Source of the DNA: Tubulanus polymorphus
Lineage: Eukaryota; Animalia; Nemertea
Reading direction: 5' to 3'
NCBI RefSeq assembly: GCF_964204645.1
Contig: NC_134026.1
Span: 28,182,150-28,246,149 of the forward strand
Length of the DNA stretch: 64,000 bases
Shown: one piece after another, positions 11,901-28,522 of the stretch
How the letters are laid out: the number at the start of each line of letters is the position of its first letter
How positions within the stretch are numbered: position 1 is the first letter of the stretch
Notes under the pieces: generated by a model
Told to the model about the DNA's origin: nothing
Seen by the model: the letters and a program-made list of their open reading frames with translations, nothing else
The model's database searches: none
Made by a program: the position numbers and the translations under genes

Positions 11901-14900
11901 TTCAGTCGTAGATACGAGTTGACATTAGGGACTCGTCATGCGGAGATTGGACAAGAACTGAGTTTTTTCCGAAGATGCTATTGCCAATCCCGTCGTCATT
12001 GTAAAAAGATGACTGGATCGCACACATCGCGGTAAACAGAAAATATGAATATAAGAAAGGGAGATACGAGATATTCCCATACGAAAGGCGTTGTTTATTA
12101 AATGTTTTCGGTATTTCGGCGCTATACTTTTCCTAAGCTGACAATATTTGAGGAGAAGCTCAAAGACGTAGTAATTAATTATCATTATGCAGCCTTCAAC
12201 CATAGATAAAACATATATCAGAATAAAGATTTATACGTTTTTTTCCGTTTTGTCAATAGTGAATGCGCATTATCTGTGTACAACATTACTTTCTCCAAAT
12301 CGATTTTCGTATATGAATTAATTACTGATTAGTAGCTTACGCCGAATCGTTACTTTTCCAGAGAGAGAGTGAGGAGTAAAAACCCTACCGATTGAGTACG
12401 GAATAAGCCTTGCACGGAGAAAGCTTGGCGACCTACCGTCGTATATAATTCGTTATCATCTACGAAACAGCTCTACTTCAATACTATTAAATCTTGTCTT
12501 ACTAATTAAATTTGTCCGTTTATCCATTTACAGAGTTTACTAGCTGATTGGGTGGTCGTTAGCTTCTATTCATCGAAATAAGATTACAGTAAAGCTGATT
12601 GCATTTCGCCCGGTTGGGTTAACGGGTTTTGGTGTATTATCGCTACGCGGCAGGCACACCTGGACAAATGATGATTACCACCTCATCCTGTCGTTTGTGG
12701 ATTCTCCGTGTATTTTTTTTCATATCTACAATAATATTTGCTCGAATGCCTAACCTCTGGCGAACAGCCATGTATTAAATTAATCTCTAAGCCGGTGTTA
12801 CTACAGCTAGGACCCCCATTTTCCAGTACCTGGGATTCAGGTCTGTTTATAACAATTTGGTGACTACATCCATTAGCTTTTAAATAATTGACGAGAAATG
12901 ACACAGTAGTCGATTGTTGACACTTGTTATCGCAGCCTGTATGACGCGGTCCATGCCGTCATTCGAATCAACCTTTCGTGCCAAACCTTTATTTAACCCC
13001 ATAAATCACCTCACTGGTCTGCCCTATACTCTATCACTCCTCGTAGAATAACATCTTATTAACCATCACGTGACAAGCATACGGATGGCCGCCATTGTTA
13101 ACGCTTGAAGCGACCGTTGGCGCATTCATCTGACGACTAAAACTATTTCATTAGCGCTGGTTTCTGCGCCGGGCGGAAGTCATTCCCCACGCCGAAACTG
13201 CCGGTATACGTTTTTATTACCAAAGACGTAACCGCCGGCTAAATTGAATCTACGGCTGCATATACGTATATGATTTTATCTTGGTAAGTGAAGGAACGAT
13301 TTTGCGATCAATATAAATTCCCCATATTAACATCTCCTTAAATCCTGTTACTTCCGCCGTGGTGACGTTTCGTGTGCGCAGTTAGATCCATGCGCATACA
13401 CGAGTCCATAACTGACAAACTGAGCGGGAAATCTCGATGAATTTATGGCGGTTTTAACACATCGCTGTGCACTCTAGCGAGTTCTATGATCAAAGAAAAC
13501 CAGTCGTTCATCTTAAATACAATTAGTCAACGCATGCATCAAAAACAAATGAATAATATAGAAGATTGATTACCCCTGTCACGAAAAGGATAGGACTCTT
13601 TTGCAACCCTTACAAGTATCGATATCGTGTTTTTTTTCCAGGTGGATCATTCACGTGATCTGAAGTAGGTAGAATAGGTCGTCAGCTGAGGGTTTGATTA
13701 AGCACAATTTCTGTCACGCATCTCCTTTGACATTTTGCGTCAGTCCAGCAGGGTGTGCGGACTATTTCCCATGGTAATCGTAGTGTATAATGTCGTCGAA
13801 TGATCTAGACGAACGAGATGACTTTATTTTGAGAAGTTCAAACTTGGTATATTGCTTTTCGGCATTTTTACTATGGGTTTGATTTCTTTTACATATTCAC
13901 TATTGATGAAGCTTGCCTATATCAGAAGGAATGCTGCTGAGTAAGTGGCGACATGTAGAATGTTAACTTGAAACATTTGACAAATGATTACTCCATGATT
14001 TAACGTAACAAACTTCTCTCTTGTGGCTGTTTGATAGAACCGCTCTCAAGTCTAACTGATCTAGTTTCGGACATAAAACGGACGTCAGGGAGTCACGACC
14101 AGTACTTTCATATGATATGATGGATCTTGTTTTACCCCGAGGTTATATAGAATGACGGGTCTGTAGTGTTAGTGGTCTGTAAATATACGTGTGCATCTGA
14201 CTGCTTAACAAAAAATTCACATTAATGAATTGATCGAATGTCGAGCCTTTACATCGACCGAAACGCGGTAGAAGTGCGTGGATAAAAGGAAAGTATTGTG
14301 TACATCCATATTGCACTTCTGGGATCCTTATACACGTCGTCCTAGTCTACTGAAACTTTTGGATCCATCATTTGAAGTTCTAGACTAAATCTATGACTAA
14401 GGATTGATGATCATTGACATTTGAATATTTGTTGTATTACTACCCAATTAAAATTCAATTATCGTGTTTAGATAACTGTTTGTCACAAAAATACGATCGA
14501 TTTTTCTATTCGATATTTCACGATTATTTTTCACTCGCAAAGACGAGACGGATTTATGATGTTTGTTTTTCAGCAATTCTCGACAATAAAACTAAAAACG
14601 GGGATATCCTAGATTTCTCAAATTGCCACCATCCCTGAAATAACTTTCCATTATCCCTTGATGGAAAGTGACAGTATCACTTTTAATAGTTGCTGTTCAT
14701 TGCTATAACGCGAATGATGTTCAATAAATCATTGCTGCTATATAACACGCTTTGGAAGGATCTGGCTTTGACATCCACCGTGTTTCCGCCGTTATCGCAT
14801 TATTTCACACTATCCGCTCCTTGCTAACTCTTGAAACGAACAGAAATCGAGGAAGCAGACAACTGAATTTTTCATCGTAATTCGATATATGATAAATTGT

Positions 14901-17900
14901 CGAGTAAAATGGCAATTTCGTTGCCGTGGAAACAATTTTATCTGTAATCTCTTAGATTCGAAATGGCGAAGCTCAAGTGACATCTGAGTTTAGTACGTGT
15001 ATCACCCAAAAACTAATGAAATACCAGCACTGACACTATATTCGCAGTCAATCGCTAAACCTCTTACGCAGATTTTAGGTCAGTATTATTGTACATGAAG
15101 AGATGACACTGACTGATAACTGAACCCCCTAGCTCTGTATGCGTATTATCAGTTGATTGTCAGATAAGAAGATGGGGATTATTTGAGGCTTTATATAACG
15201 ACGTGTCCAATTTATTAGCTGGTGCGTAATATGAGACTGATTAACTAACGTGATTGACGTGTAGTCCGCGAGAGACATGTACTTCGTTTTGAAATTACCG
15301 TGAAACAATTTTTTGAACTTCAAATTTTCCACGAAAAGATAGCCATAGCGTTGTCGGGACTTTTCTCGGCCAATTTTCTCATTCGACCATTTCATCGGTA
15401 AGCTTTTATATATCGCTTAGACGCATTTGGCCTTTTGGCATTTTTCAATGGTAAAATAAACAGATTGGTGTCGACGTTTTCCGCATAATTACGAGGAAAA
15501 AGCCCGGTTCACCGACAATCTCTAACGCTGTACTCTCAAACTGCTTGTGTGAAAGAAATTACCGATGTCTCACTGACGTAGAGCCAGAAAGTGCCATTCA
15601 TTCCATGAAAATACGATGAATCTAGAACCGGGATAATCGGGGATAGGTTTTGTTTATAAAATTGACCAGTCGTTGGCCAATGAAAATATCAAGGACTGTA
15701 TTCGACATGTGTGGCAAATTGATTCGCTGACGTTGAGACGGTTTCCACGGCCGTATGAATTATGCGAAACAATTACATGAATAAATGATATTAATTGTCG
15801 TATGAACCTGAATGGACCGTCACGCACCTTCAAGTGAATTGGTACGCGTGAATTTTATGAATATCAGAAGACGGTGAAAATTTCTGATATCGCATTACGG
15901 ATTGCTGAAATCGATAAAATCCTGCTACAAAGCAGCTCACGGCAACTGCGGCCCGAGTATTGGTGATGAGCAACGTCTGCGGAGCGCATTCACTCGACAG
16001 CAGCAGACAAGGTGACACAGACTGCTCCGCGCTATCTGGATTACAGATAAACAGCGTTATTCGATACAGTCACTGATTTATTATTCAATAAGGTATCTAT
16101 GAATTATTAATATTTTTTACGAAATTAAAAAACGCCTGCTTCTAAATATTTAGCTGACTATAGGTGTTTTATCAGGCAATCCATTTCATCCTATTCTCAG
16201 GAATTATTGTTACGTAAAACAATTTCTTGATTATTGAAGTTCTGTATACAGTTGTATTGACAATGACTAGGATCTAAAATTAGTTGTTATAATTTCAACT
16301 GCTTTCGATCTTTTTGTTCGAAATAAAAATGACGTTTTTTGCGTTCGTGGGCAAAATCTGTAATCTGAGATTACCTTAAAAACCCTTATCCCTCACGAAT
16401 ACAAATCGATTGCTTTCATCTTATGATACATAACCGACTTACAATGCAATCGACGACAGGGCTATCATATCTTGTTTTTGAATTTTCTTGCAGAAATATT
16501 TTCAGTTACGTAATGTTAAAAGCGTTTCGTTTGTGTAAATACCACATTTTGTTATTTGAAATTTCATCTTGTAAGTTAAGGTGTGTCGTCATTGACAGTA
16601 GCTTCTCCATTGTCGAAAAGATTTAAGTTTTTTTCTACAATTAATCACGAGTGGGCTAATCTCATTTTTCGGCAAACGCAATTTGCGTCATCGACGGGAT
16701 CACGGGTATCGCTGGTGCACGTCACTAGTAACGTTTGTTGATGACGTAGAAGCTACTATTCAGATAAAAGCGCGTTACGAAGAACCAACCTACCACCACC
16801 TACGCTACATGAAGAGAGATTATTTCGAATAGCGCGATAGCGCGATGTGTTGTTAGATATTTGTAGAAACAGGGTCTTGATGAATACGTGAATATGAAGT
16901 GTATTGAATATTCACCTACAAAACACGGCCATATTTGATATTTACAATATTTTTTCATCAATTACTTATTCGGTGTTTACAATATAAACTATATATAAAC
17001 TTCAATAACTTACGTATAATATCGTGTCTTATAAATCTATTAATCTAAGTAATTTACTCTTGCTTGGATATTCATTATATATGTATAGTATGTAATCAAA
17101 TGTCATTCATTCCACGTACCCTCCCTCACTTTCTTCGTCATCGTTTCGTATGAAAACGACAGCAGTGATTTTAATGTGGCGTTTCGCACTGAAATAAATG
17201 TATCAGCTGTAATTAATGTCTGACATCCGTTTTCAATTTTTACACGGCACGACGTCACTTCCGGTTCTTGTAAATGATGCGATTAGTATAATTCACTGCG
17301 GGCTATGTAATCAATGTGGATTACGGTGACGAACATCGATAATTATGCTGCTTTAACGAGGAGTGTTTCGTTCCTATTTATGATAAGTGCGCGAGTAGCA
17401 TAAAGCTTCAACAAAACAAATACACGTCCATTCTCCGAGGAAGGTACCCCAATGACAGCCATCTTGGTTTCATACGTCATACGAATGAAACAATACTCGA
17501 TACTATAAACAACCATACGTGCTTGATATCAACGTAATATTCAATTTATAAACCAAATTCTGAAGTCGGATAACATTAGATGTCCAGAGTGCATTTGGTT
17601 TGATCAATGATATCGTTTTATTTGTTGAGAGTTGAAACTGCGACCAGAATAATTGGTTTGATTAATACGAAATTGAATTTGGGTATACGTACAAAAGTGT
17701 TTGGTGAATATCGATTTGGCTATCGGATTATACCGATCTCAATGTATTTTGTACCGTTGCGTTCGCAAAGGAAGCAAGATGATGTAACCATAGCAACCGA
17801 GATAGTCATTCGGCGCTTAATTAGGGCAGTTTCGTGTAACAAAGCCCGAGAAATGAAACGTTTTTAACGAGCATTCAATTGTTTACAATCACGATCCAGT

Positions 17901-20900
17901 AATTAATTTCATGGTCCCGGTTTTTATGCTATGAATAATAATGAACGCGGGAGCTGAACGCAAAGGTATATCAGTAATGGGGTGTCTTTATTCTCTTGTA
18001 TTCGCGGATGAATCGAAGCCTTTCATTTGCTTTTTTCGAGGGAATTCCATTCCGCGCTTCATTATCGGTAGAAAGTGCGGAATCGTCGAGTCATGTTTTA
18101 CGGCCGGATGCGCATTCGCAGAAAGCCAATAAGGATTCACAGTTACAGAAGTAGAGAAAATGTAAAAGTAAATCCTATTTCAAAAAATGGTATCCGGTCG
18201 TTATGTAACCTTGACCTTTACATCGTGGTTTCGAATACCGATAACAGAATAACGGTGCAGTCGTTCAAAATACAACATTAGTTTTTTTATCGATCTTTTG
18301 AAGAATGTCGTATCGGCAAATCTTTCGTTCAGGCGTGAAAATAATGTTATTAATGTTTTGATATTACCGATATTAGTTTGTTCAGCCAGAGGCTTGACGT
18401 GTCTTTTGCGAGGATGCTCGTTAGTTTTTGTCAATATGAGAGCAGCTACCGAACATCACACATCACACGGTACCGTCTCCTCGACAGGGATTCATTAATA
18501 AGCCAACTGCGTCTCGTCTTCGTAGACTACGAGCTTTGCTGTTAGATAGTAGTCCGGATCTTCCGCACAGTAACGCTAATTATCTAGTCTTGAATCTACT
18601 TATAACATTTTCCCGTCGTTTAAGATACGCCCTCTGAATCAGGGAACGGAATTACGACTATGATGAACCATTCTTTATACAAACATGTTAGAACAGACAC
18701 GATACGTTGACGAAGATTGTTCTTGGAATGTAGCCTACGCATCGTGTCGGATGCTTCCGTTGTATTATTCATTCACGAAAACAGAGTAGAATGAAATATT
18801 GAGAATAGTCAAATCAAATAAATCAACCTTAAACAGAATGCAAAAGATTATAAATCCGGGTAGGTTATTCTCGCATCAATATGATAAAGCACCAATACGT
18901 CTGTTATTTTCTGTTTCTGTTTTGGCCTCGACCAAGGCGTCGCTTAGATACGAGAGATGATTAATATAACAATAGAAGCTCATCATGCTGAAAGATATCT
19001 CATAGTTAGCAGTGATTTAGAATGGTTTCGAGGCATAGCCGTGTATTATCATATAATGGGCATATTCGCAACAATCTAATTTTGGTTTTTGAATCAGAAA
19101 TTTATTTTTGGAACAATCAGTTGAGAAATCCTACCAAGAATAAAACGTTTATAAAATTCATCGTTTGCAGTTTTTAATCTGATAAAAATAATTCATGCAG
19201 ATTCTGGTATTCTATACTATGTGATTTTGAACGAGCTGAGCGTTTGTTCTTCTGTTAAAACGAATTAATCATGCTGTCAATTGGGCAGGACAGTAAATAG
19301 AAATTGATCAATCATTATCCCATCAGATCTCTATCTAATCAGCTTTCCTATAAATCTATCTAGCCGGTAGTTTAACAGGGAACGAGGCAGCGAGGAGTAT
19401 TATACGGACAAAGATTTCTGTAGAAACCCCTCTTATTCTTGCGATAATGTAGAGATAATGTAGCAGCCCTTGGAGAGGCATATTAGCAGCCAAAGTCCAT
19501 GATAATACACTTTGACGTTTGAAACCACAATTGCCATTTTCTTAATGCGATGTAAGATGCAAACGGAACACACTTAACCATCGAAAAGATGAGCGCGGAG
19601 ATGAGCTAACTGTGTTATCTGTATTCAATTCACAAATGCTTGAATATGTGCAAGCATTCCAAAGTGTCATTCATTATCGGTAATCGAGGCGAAGTCACGC
19701 GTTCGTCATCCATCAGTATTTACTGCAAGAAAGAACTCGAGACGCTATGCATCGTTGAGAGCAACGGAAAAAAATATAACGTGTGACTCGACACGTCGAT
19801 GTTTCCGTAATCGGTGAATCTTATGTGTCCGAGTGATTGAGATAGATAGTGCCCGTCTAATAGATGATTCTGTCGAACGATATTGTGAGAGAAGAGAAAG
19901 CATTATAGTGTCACCATACGTATATATTTCATTCTTACGCCGAGGCACAAGCGGAAATGTTACACTTCGAGATGAAAGTGGCGTCCGTTTTCCTATTCGA
20001 CTGCTGTCGAATAATTAACGAGAATCGTATGATTTCCCCGATTCTGCGGCTACTTACAGCGTTATATTTCATCTTCAAACAGAACATTTCGTGTTTGAAG
20101 AAAAACCTGTTCGGTCAAGTTCGTGACATATGCCAATAACAAGCATGTAAATAATACATACAACTGTGTGCTGATATCTGATACGTTGAGAATGAACGCG
20201 GGTTTTATGGAACTGAATTATTGACTGCAATGATTCTTTACGCCGTCTTTTAAATTCCCAAATAAGCATTCTTAGTTCTACAGAGTGTAGGCATGGATAT
20301 TTGATGAAGTACATGGTAATGGTTGTTATTTTTCACTGGTGACACGTTCACGGTTTCTCTTGCGACATCCTGACTCCAACTCCGTACTAAGCGTATAATG
20401 TTTTCTGTTGATTCCGTCACGTCACCGTGGCGCCTACGTGTTCCATACGTATATTTCTTATAGAATTGCACTCGGTTGCATTGTCGCAAGTACTGAAGCG
20501 TGCCTCGTTGGTCTTTTGTCAAATTGTTTTATAAATTGCGAAAGATATATCAAGTCTTATTTACACGAATCATTAACAATTTTCGTAATGGGATTCATTT
20601 ATATACGTGATTGTGTATTCCCTGCGATATATAGGTCTACGATGATTATTGGACCCTTTATAAATTCTCCTGATGACAGATCTGCAATGATTCGATAACA
20701 CTTTCGTCGTCTCTTGAAAATAAGGAATAAAGCATATGACTCTTCGGCGTAGACTGGCTCCGATGTAATATAACCTCCACTAACGTTTTTGTCGCCTTCT
20801 TAATGCAACGCGGAGTGATATATGGTACCAGTGGGAAACATTAAGGTAACTCGACGACAGAAACAGGTGCTTGGCTAATATTCAAACATATCAATGTAGT

Positions 20901-23900
20901 TAGCTGACTCTAGATCTAGATGAGTTTCTCAGACTTGAGGTAGAAACTGGACGCGAAAACAAATTAGCTGGTAAATTGTAAAGAAAGAGCAGCGAATCGG
21001 CCATCGGACTCGCAGTAATGTAATCAGTATGTCTGAAGTTATAGTTCTCCGATTGGTAAGAAGCTTATGACGACGTGTTAGCCAGGCATGAGTTAATGTT
21101 CATCAAAAACAAATATGTATCAGGCCTAGTAATCAGACTTTTGTTGAATTTTTTCATAGACGTCGCTGTTAATGAAAATAATTTCATTAGATTAGTTTAC
21201 TATGTTATTGATCTTACATTAATTTCTGTGAGATCTGATGGATTTCGCGTCTCTCCCATGATGGGAATCGTTACTGATGTCTGTTGATCAGAGTTTCTAT
21301 CGATCAATCTCTCTACAGAACGACAGATTACCGGTTAGAAAGAGCGGGAAATGAACCTACCCCAGGCCTAAATCAGTACGCTAATAACTCTCGCTATTGC
21401 AGTCGTTTCGTGAGAGGAAATACGCTCAGTTTGTGCCGTATGGCGTCATCTCTTGTGACGAACGGACCATACATCGTCCGGAAATATGTTTCAGAACACT
21501 TTGAGCTGCGATTTGTACATGTATCGCCTAAAGCTTGCAAGCGCAATCGCGCTGGTAACATTTCATTTCAGCCGTAAGGGTCGCATGAAAACTGAGATTT
21601 CCACCAATCTGAAAAATAGTAACAAATAGAAACATGTTCAGAAAGTCTATTGATGCGACCATACATCACTTAGCGAAATTATTCTTTGTCAAAAATTCGC
21701 GTATCTGAATTGCATTTATGTTGTTAATTATGACCACCAGTTAGATGGCGTTTTGCAGAAAAAAACCTTCTACTCTATTTGAATCAGGCACAAATGTCGC
21801 GTCTGATCCACTGGGACGCAAGATCCAACGTCGGCGCGGTAACTCCAATGACGTTTGCGGATGACGTGTACGGCGTCCTGATCCAATCACTGGGTTTATT
21901 ATACTAATACGATTCGGTTGAATCTCTGTGGAGATCTGTGGACAAGAGTTCGCCGGAAATAACACTAAAAAACCAGCAGATCCTGGTAACACGACGTCCA
22001 ACTTAAATCCATCAATAAGATCTACAACAAAAATCTAAGTTCAAAACATAGATCATAGAATGAAGTACTATCTACGTATGAATATCAGAGATATATAAGA
22101 TTCAACCTTTATTACAGCGTCATATTTCGTCTGCAGCGAGACGTAAGGCACTTACCCAGACTCAAATGAATGATGAGATGTCATGACTTGTCGCTATGAT
22201 GGTGGTTTAATTAAAGGCATTCTGTAACCGCTGGCTGTCGATATAAGCCTCGGAAATTAAATATTATGACTTGCCATAATCCCGATGGCATTCCATCAAA
22301 CATGGAGATATTTACTAGCAATAAAATTGCGGACAAGTTGATATCTCACGTGTACAGTAGGTTCATAATAGCGATTGGGATATATTATTGACTTTCTAAA
22401 AAGAATTTATAACCGTCTGAACCAAAGCGTGCAGCCTGGATGTTGAGACACCGTATTTTTCAAGGTAGATGCACTTAGAGCTCAGACGTAAACGAATTAA
22501 TTAAATTTACTAGCGCGTTGTCGTGTTGAATTATGAATTCCCGGTAGCACACAGACTAACATGCCATTGATTAAAGCATCAACTTGTCACTGTCTCAGGC
22601 TGAAAGATTCTAATCTCGTGGGTGTTGTTCCATCATCGTATCTATTACTCGCCTATCTGCCATACATACGACGTGTTTTCAATAATTTTTCCAATGATTC
22701 TAAGATATCTTAAAGTCCTTTTTCTATTAGAAGTTGTGTTTGGTGCATCATTGTACACTCAAATGAACGGAATATTTCACGCGGTATGAATTATTTGGAT
22801 CAATCATTTAATAGGAACATGAATTTTATCCGTGCCATTCAGCAGTATTAACGATTACGCAAGGTTAAAATGAGAATTATAGTGCACACTCAGCTGTTTG
22901 TAATCAGTGCCAAGTGTCTAGTTATTTCAACAACGAATCCGTATGAATCTGAATATGTCACGATTACCCGATATATATATATACCGACATATCAATAATC
23001 ATCTCGTCCATATTCATATGCGAAAATTAATAATCAGTTTTCTTATGAAACGTGCAGCACAACACGGTCGTCATTAAATATAAGCCATTGAATGCGTGTT
23101 CATCGAAAAGCATCATTAAAGACGATAAATGAATGTCAGGCGTGTTCTGGTAAATCAGAAGTAACGCAGCAACGTTCGAAGATTGAATTCCGATGTTTTC
23201 CAATGGCACCTCATTAGTGACTGTACATCCCTACAAGGAAACATTGACTTCGCATTGGCTTTCTGGTGTGGTTTTTAAAATTTATAAAGTTCACTATGGA
23301 AAATAGCTTGATGATGAATTGAAGATGATAATGTTGTTCTCAGCTATTCTGCCGAACATGAGCCACACTGATCAACATCACGCGAAGTTAATTGATAAAC
23401 TATTTGTAGGTTCCTAAGATTTACTGATTGTTATACGAATTTACAAATTCGTCAATATAAAGGCGCAGAAAAGTGTTCTCTGCAGATGGCCGCCACTGCT
23501 ATACGGTTCGTCATGGACTAGTCGGCAGTCATGGTGAAATTATCTAAAATTCAATAACTACTTGAGCCATATACTGAAGTTGCCTGCTTCTTCGTAGCTA
23601 CTCGTCTCTTCACCGTGGTGAAATTGGCTGCAGTAACGAGTTCGTTAAGAATTCATTGGTATTTCCTTTTATCTACCATTACCAGCGTGATGAGATGCAA
23701 TTTTTCCTAATAACCCGAACGCTTGTGACGTCGTGTTGATCAGAAACCGTGAACGCAGTTGCTTCATTAGAATCGTTTGCTTCAGTCAAGTGCCTGAAGG
23801 ACTCGGTCGCGTTCGCTAATCCATCTACTTATGATAATATTGTACAATATACATCGGGGCATAATTACGAACGTTGCAATCCGTGATAATGGCGGCCAAT

Positions 23901-26900
23901 TTCCCGTGCACAGCGTCAACAACAATGGATGAAACTATCCGTTATCTCCGTATTACAGGCCGTACCGGTAACTCAGTAACACGGACGACTTGCTGTCCAT
24001 CGTCGTCGCATTTATAATATACGAAATTTATTCTATTAACACGGCACTGTAAGAAATGAAGAAACGCTTCGATGAATAATGCAGATATAATATGATTTAT
24101 GGCAACTGTTTACGGAGTTTAAACTGGAAAAGGGGAAGAATCGATTGCACGATCGAATGACTTTTATTATCCCCATCGTTGGATGCACCATGGAATATAA
24201 AACACCAGTTCGGTGTAGCGTGTGTACGTCTTAACCACGACGAGCAAAAATTAAATATCATTCATTTTGACACCATCAATTTGTTCGGCGTGGAATTTGG
24301 TTCGGTGTTTGCTCGGTATGTTCCCTTGGCAATAACGAGAACGATGCCTTAGTGGATGAAATCTTCCTGCGAATCCATGAGGAAAATTACCAAGCACATT
24401 AAGATCATGACGTGTGTCAACGGTAAACGAACCATTACACACCTCAAAAGGGACCGCTATAAACGACTTCCCATTTTATCGACTTTATTTGGATTTAAGG
24501 TATCGTACATAATTATTGAGATCATTGGGTACAGTCCAATATCCATTAAATAATACATCCAAGCGTCAGATCATAACTGTGTCCAGTGTTCAATTTCAGC
24601 TTCATTTATCACTAGTAAATGGATAAAAGTCGTAAATTGAACATCCACCCGTCTTCCCCGAGGGCGTTCTTCTACTTCGACAGTTTCGCAGACACATCGT
24701 TGGGAATTATATGGGAATGCTGCTTATATTAGACTTTGATATTCCTTCATCGTAACGTCGTCAAAGGCTGTTTAAAGCGATTTAATATTCGCCTGCAGTA
24801 GAATACTGTAGAAGCCACAGCGATATTCGAAATAAGCTTTATTCCGACGTTCGCGTCTATCTTAGTTTTCATGTAGGAAAAATGTAGGCTTCGTCTCACC
24901 AGTAAGCGGCTTTGATATCATCCTGTGCATAAATTCACTGATCCTCCTGGCTTCTGTGATTTCTCATGCTATACAGATAACATTCGTCTTTAAAGTTCGT
25001 CATACGAAGCGTTTGCTTACTTGATGTCGTCTGGTAAATTTTTCGCTTCGTTCTTGTTATTTTTCAAATCATCAATTTTACTTATGACTTTATTACCAAT
25101 ATTTTTACAAATATGTCGTTGGTAGAGTGAAAAGTCGGGGAGTAGTTGACACCACCACATCATATATCCAGCAGACCGCGCAGCTGCGAAAGCCAAAGTC
25201 GTTTGTCACGTGATCAAAAATCCTAGATCATTATCCAGGCCTGTATTTTCCCGATCATTTCCTTTTTCCATTACGGTTCGCGATTAGCCAAAAATCACCG
25301 GTCAAATGACTCAGATAATATTTCTAAAGCCAGCAATACCAAGCTTCATTAGTTTTGTATGTAAGGCAATAACCATCAACAGAGAACCGCAGTTCTGCTA
25401 CATTGATCTGGCCAAGTCTGATGAGATTTTAATATTTGAGCGCAAGGAAGACAGCTAGCTGATGGCCTAAAGATCTATTAATCTAGAATAATAGACGAGA
25501 TTGGTTCATATATCCAATGTTGGTCTAGTGCACGCCATTTATCGATGGATAGACTTGACACACGCGATACCAAAAGCCGCGTCCACGTATTACCAAGTTA
25601 GCTGAACCCACCGGAGCTCTTCTATAATAGTAATGAAATATCCCATGATAGGATTAAAATTTAGATTGTCACGCGCAAACCATTTAATATATGTAATGGA
25701 ACTTCACCATTTAATTATAGAATCGATTCAGTTTAGTTCGAGTGAAGTTGATTTATTTATTAAATTGAATGAAATGAAGGAACTTAATTTATCTGCGACA
25801 AGGCTCTGCAGTTTAATAAGCAGCAACACGAGCACAAGTCTATATAGATTTACTGCATCAGCTCTTTGCGTTTAATCTCTTGGTACGCCGATATCTTTGA
25901 CACAATGAACATTTATTTTTACTTGTTTATGCAGATGAACAGAAGGTACTTCAGTACAGTATTACCATTAATGACATTCAAAACCAGAGAAATATGACTC
26001 GCGTTACAGACCATAAACCATCATCTAACGTAGCCGTTCAACGGGGTCTTTTTTTAAATCGCCGTTCTCCCGGGGGAGTGGATTTCTAGTGGCGGGCATT
26101 CATTTCGAGGAGATTGGTTGGGCTCTTGCGCAGCCAAGCATGCACTTTAATCAAATAATTGTATGTCCCATTACGCCAGAAGCTGTGTGCCATGAATGCT
26201 AACCAGATATTCAGACGTCGGACATAATTTCATCGTTGGTCAACAACTTGGCTTTCTATCGATCTACGACAAATAGAATATATGAATTGCAATAGCTCCT
26301 CGCGATAGAGCGTCTGCAAATGTATGGTGACAAATAGTTAGAATATAGATATTTTAGAATGTTCATCTCATTTCGGTTGAAGTTTTATCGAAACGTTTCA
26401 ACTTAATTACTATGATCCCTAAAAGATTTAACGTTTAAGCGCCATCATGCCCCGAAGTTCCCAAGATTTTGTATAGCGAGTTGATGGGTTAAGCCGCGGA
26501 GTCCTCTTCTAGTTCCTGCGATTCGTATGAAAGTATACGTGTTGTCGTTCTAATCGGCGCATTAATCTTCACTGCGAAAGTGGAATCCTGCAGTGAAAGT
26601 GACTTTCTCAACGATAAATTTCCGAGATCGTAATCATGTCAATTGTAAGGAGACCCGAATCCGACAGTCGGCGTTCAATGAGAGTTTCCTGAGTGACAGA
26701 AATGAAAGATTGCTCTTGTGCTTTGGATCTAAAAATGTTCTAGCTTCTTTGAACTGCATCGTTACTTTTGATCCAGACAGATGAGTTTTTCGTGGACTGG
26801 TTCCGTGCATTCATGAAATGACGTCACGTTCCGTTTCCTAGCGGATTAATCTGCCTCGCAAGGAAGCATTGGGCGTGTCACGAAATGTCATTACTAGTTA

Positions 26901-28522
26901 AGTCAAATCACGACAAATACTCTCGCAGTCTCTTTGCTTTGAAATCATCACATCGCGCAGCAGTTGCACCTGACCTTCAACTTTGTGCACATCAGAGAGC
27001 AGGTGCGTGAAGGGAAATACTCGTGAACGGGTAATTGATTTGGCATTAGCAAGTTAGATACAAATGGAAACTTTTGAAATGAATCACGCTGATGCTTTGC
27101 GACGTTCCGATAAAACCAGGAAACTGGTGGATCGTATTATCGACAGAATTAATAACATCCATAGGAAGTATCGTGTAAGTAAACTGTGGCATCATGGAAT
27201 TCAAAATATCGTCTGATCTTCGGATATCTCTTTCCGTGTATTAAGAATTATTTTATTGAATGCGATATTTCATTCTTAAAATAGAATATGTGTCCATATT
27301 GAGATTGATGTTTGATTACAACGAGTAGAGTGTTTTTCGGTAATTTATCAATGAACATCATTTTCATCGATGGTTATAACTGAATTGATAGGCTTATGGT
27401 AAAATAGAGACACAATTATCTATTATTTCACGTGTAGTCGCGCATGAAACTCTTATCAGAATGGAAAAAAACTAGGCAACGCAGAATATCGTGCGTTGTT
27501 GAATCGTCTCCTGAACTGCCGAGAAATGTTATTTTTCTTGTCAGCAACGAAGCCGGAATATCGACGGGAGAGTTCGCGGTGGTCTTTGCGCTCTTTACCC
27601 GACACTCCCTCGACACGCTTTCGGCGTTGATGGGGAAAAACTAGCGATCGATCATATATTTGATGACTTGGACTAGAATCACGCGTGTCTACCTAGGGAA
27701 AACGAGGCAATTCTCCGTACAAAAAGCTCATTTTCGACGTCTTCTGGTCTGATATTCCGATAATGACAGATACTGAGTCACATAATGCATTGATAAGATG
27801 GAACACAGGTCTAAGGAGATTTATGATCTCTTAAACATGGTAAAGGTTGCCCCGTGGGTTGCCGTATTACTGTATCTTAGGCACGCGAATTTATTATGAT
27901 TGCCTACACAGCAATGCTTGCTACGACCTCAGAAATTATGGCATTTATCATATTGGTCGTATTTTATCGTTGGATTTGCTGGTAGTCAGTTCATTTGGTA
28001 AAAAAACAACCTGGCCCCGAAATTCAAAACATTACGAACGATATGGGATAGGAAATGCCAATCAAATAGAACTATTATCAAATTAATCAAAAGATTGATA
28101 AATTCGAGTCAGAATTGCGGGAAGATGGTCATACGATCTAAATCGCGATGCGAAAATTGGATTTCGATTTCTGATTTTGGCATCGATATTCATCGATTGT
28201 GGGTATTACATAGAATTTAATCACGGGTGTAGGCCCGTTGGGATTTAGTTAATGTCGTGTACTCGTAACAGTTGCCAGTCTCGGGAAACCAATCGAAAGT
28301 ATCTACGCCAGTTATCTTGTGCCTAATGTAAAAATTCCACTCTAAGAATGAACACGAAAACTAATTTGAAAGTTTATTGATGCCTAGAAAAATAACGCAT
28401 GTATTGCTATATATTGTCAATAAAACATATGATATTGATGACATAATATCAAGGATCAATCAAGTTATTTTGTATTCGAATGTCGATAATTGAATTGAAT
28501 CGACCGGCATCCCTTATATATT

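Noticed and set aside
22144-22151. TAAGGCAC, a second miR-124 seed-like match
   Set aside because: Only 8 nt match; the rest of the mature sequence and a hairpin are absent.
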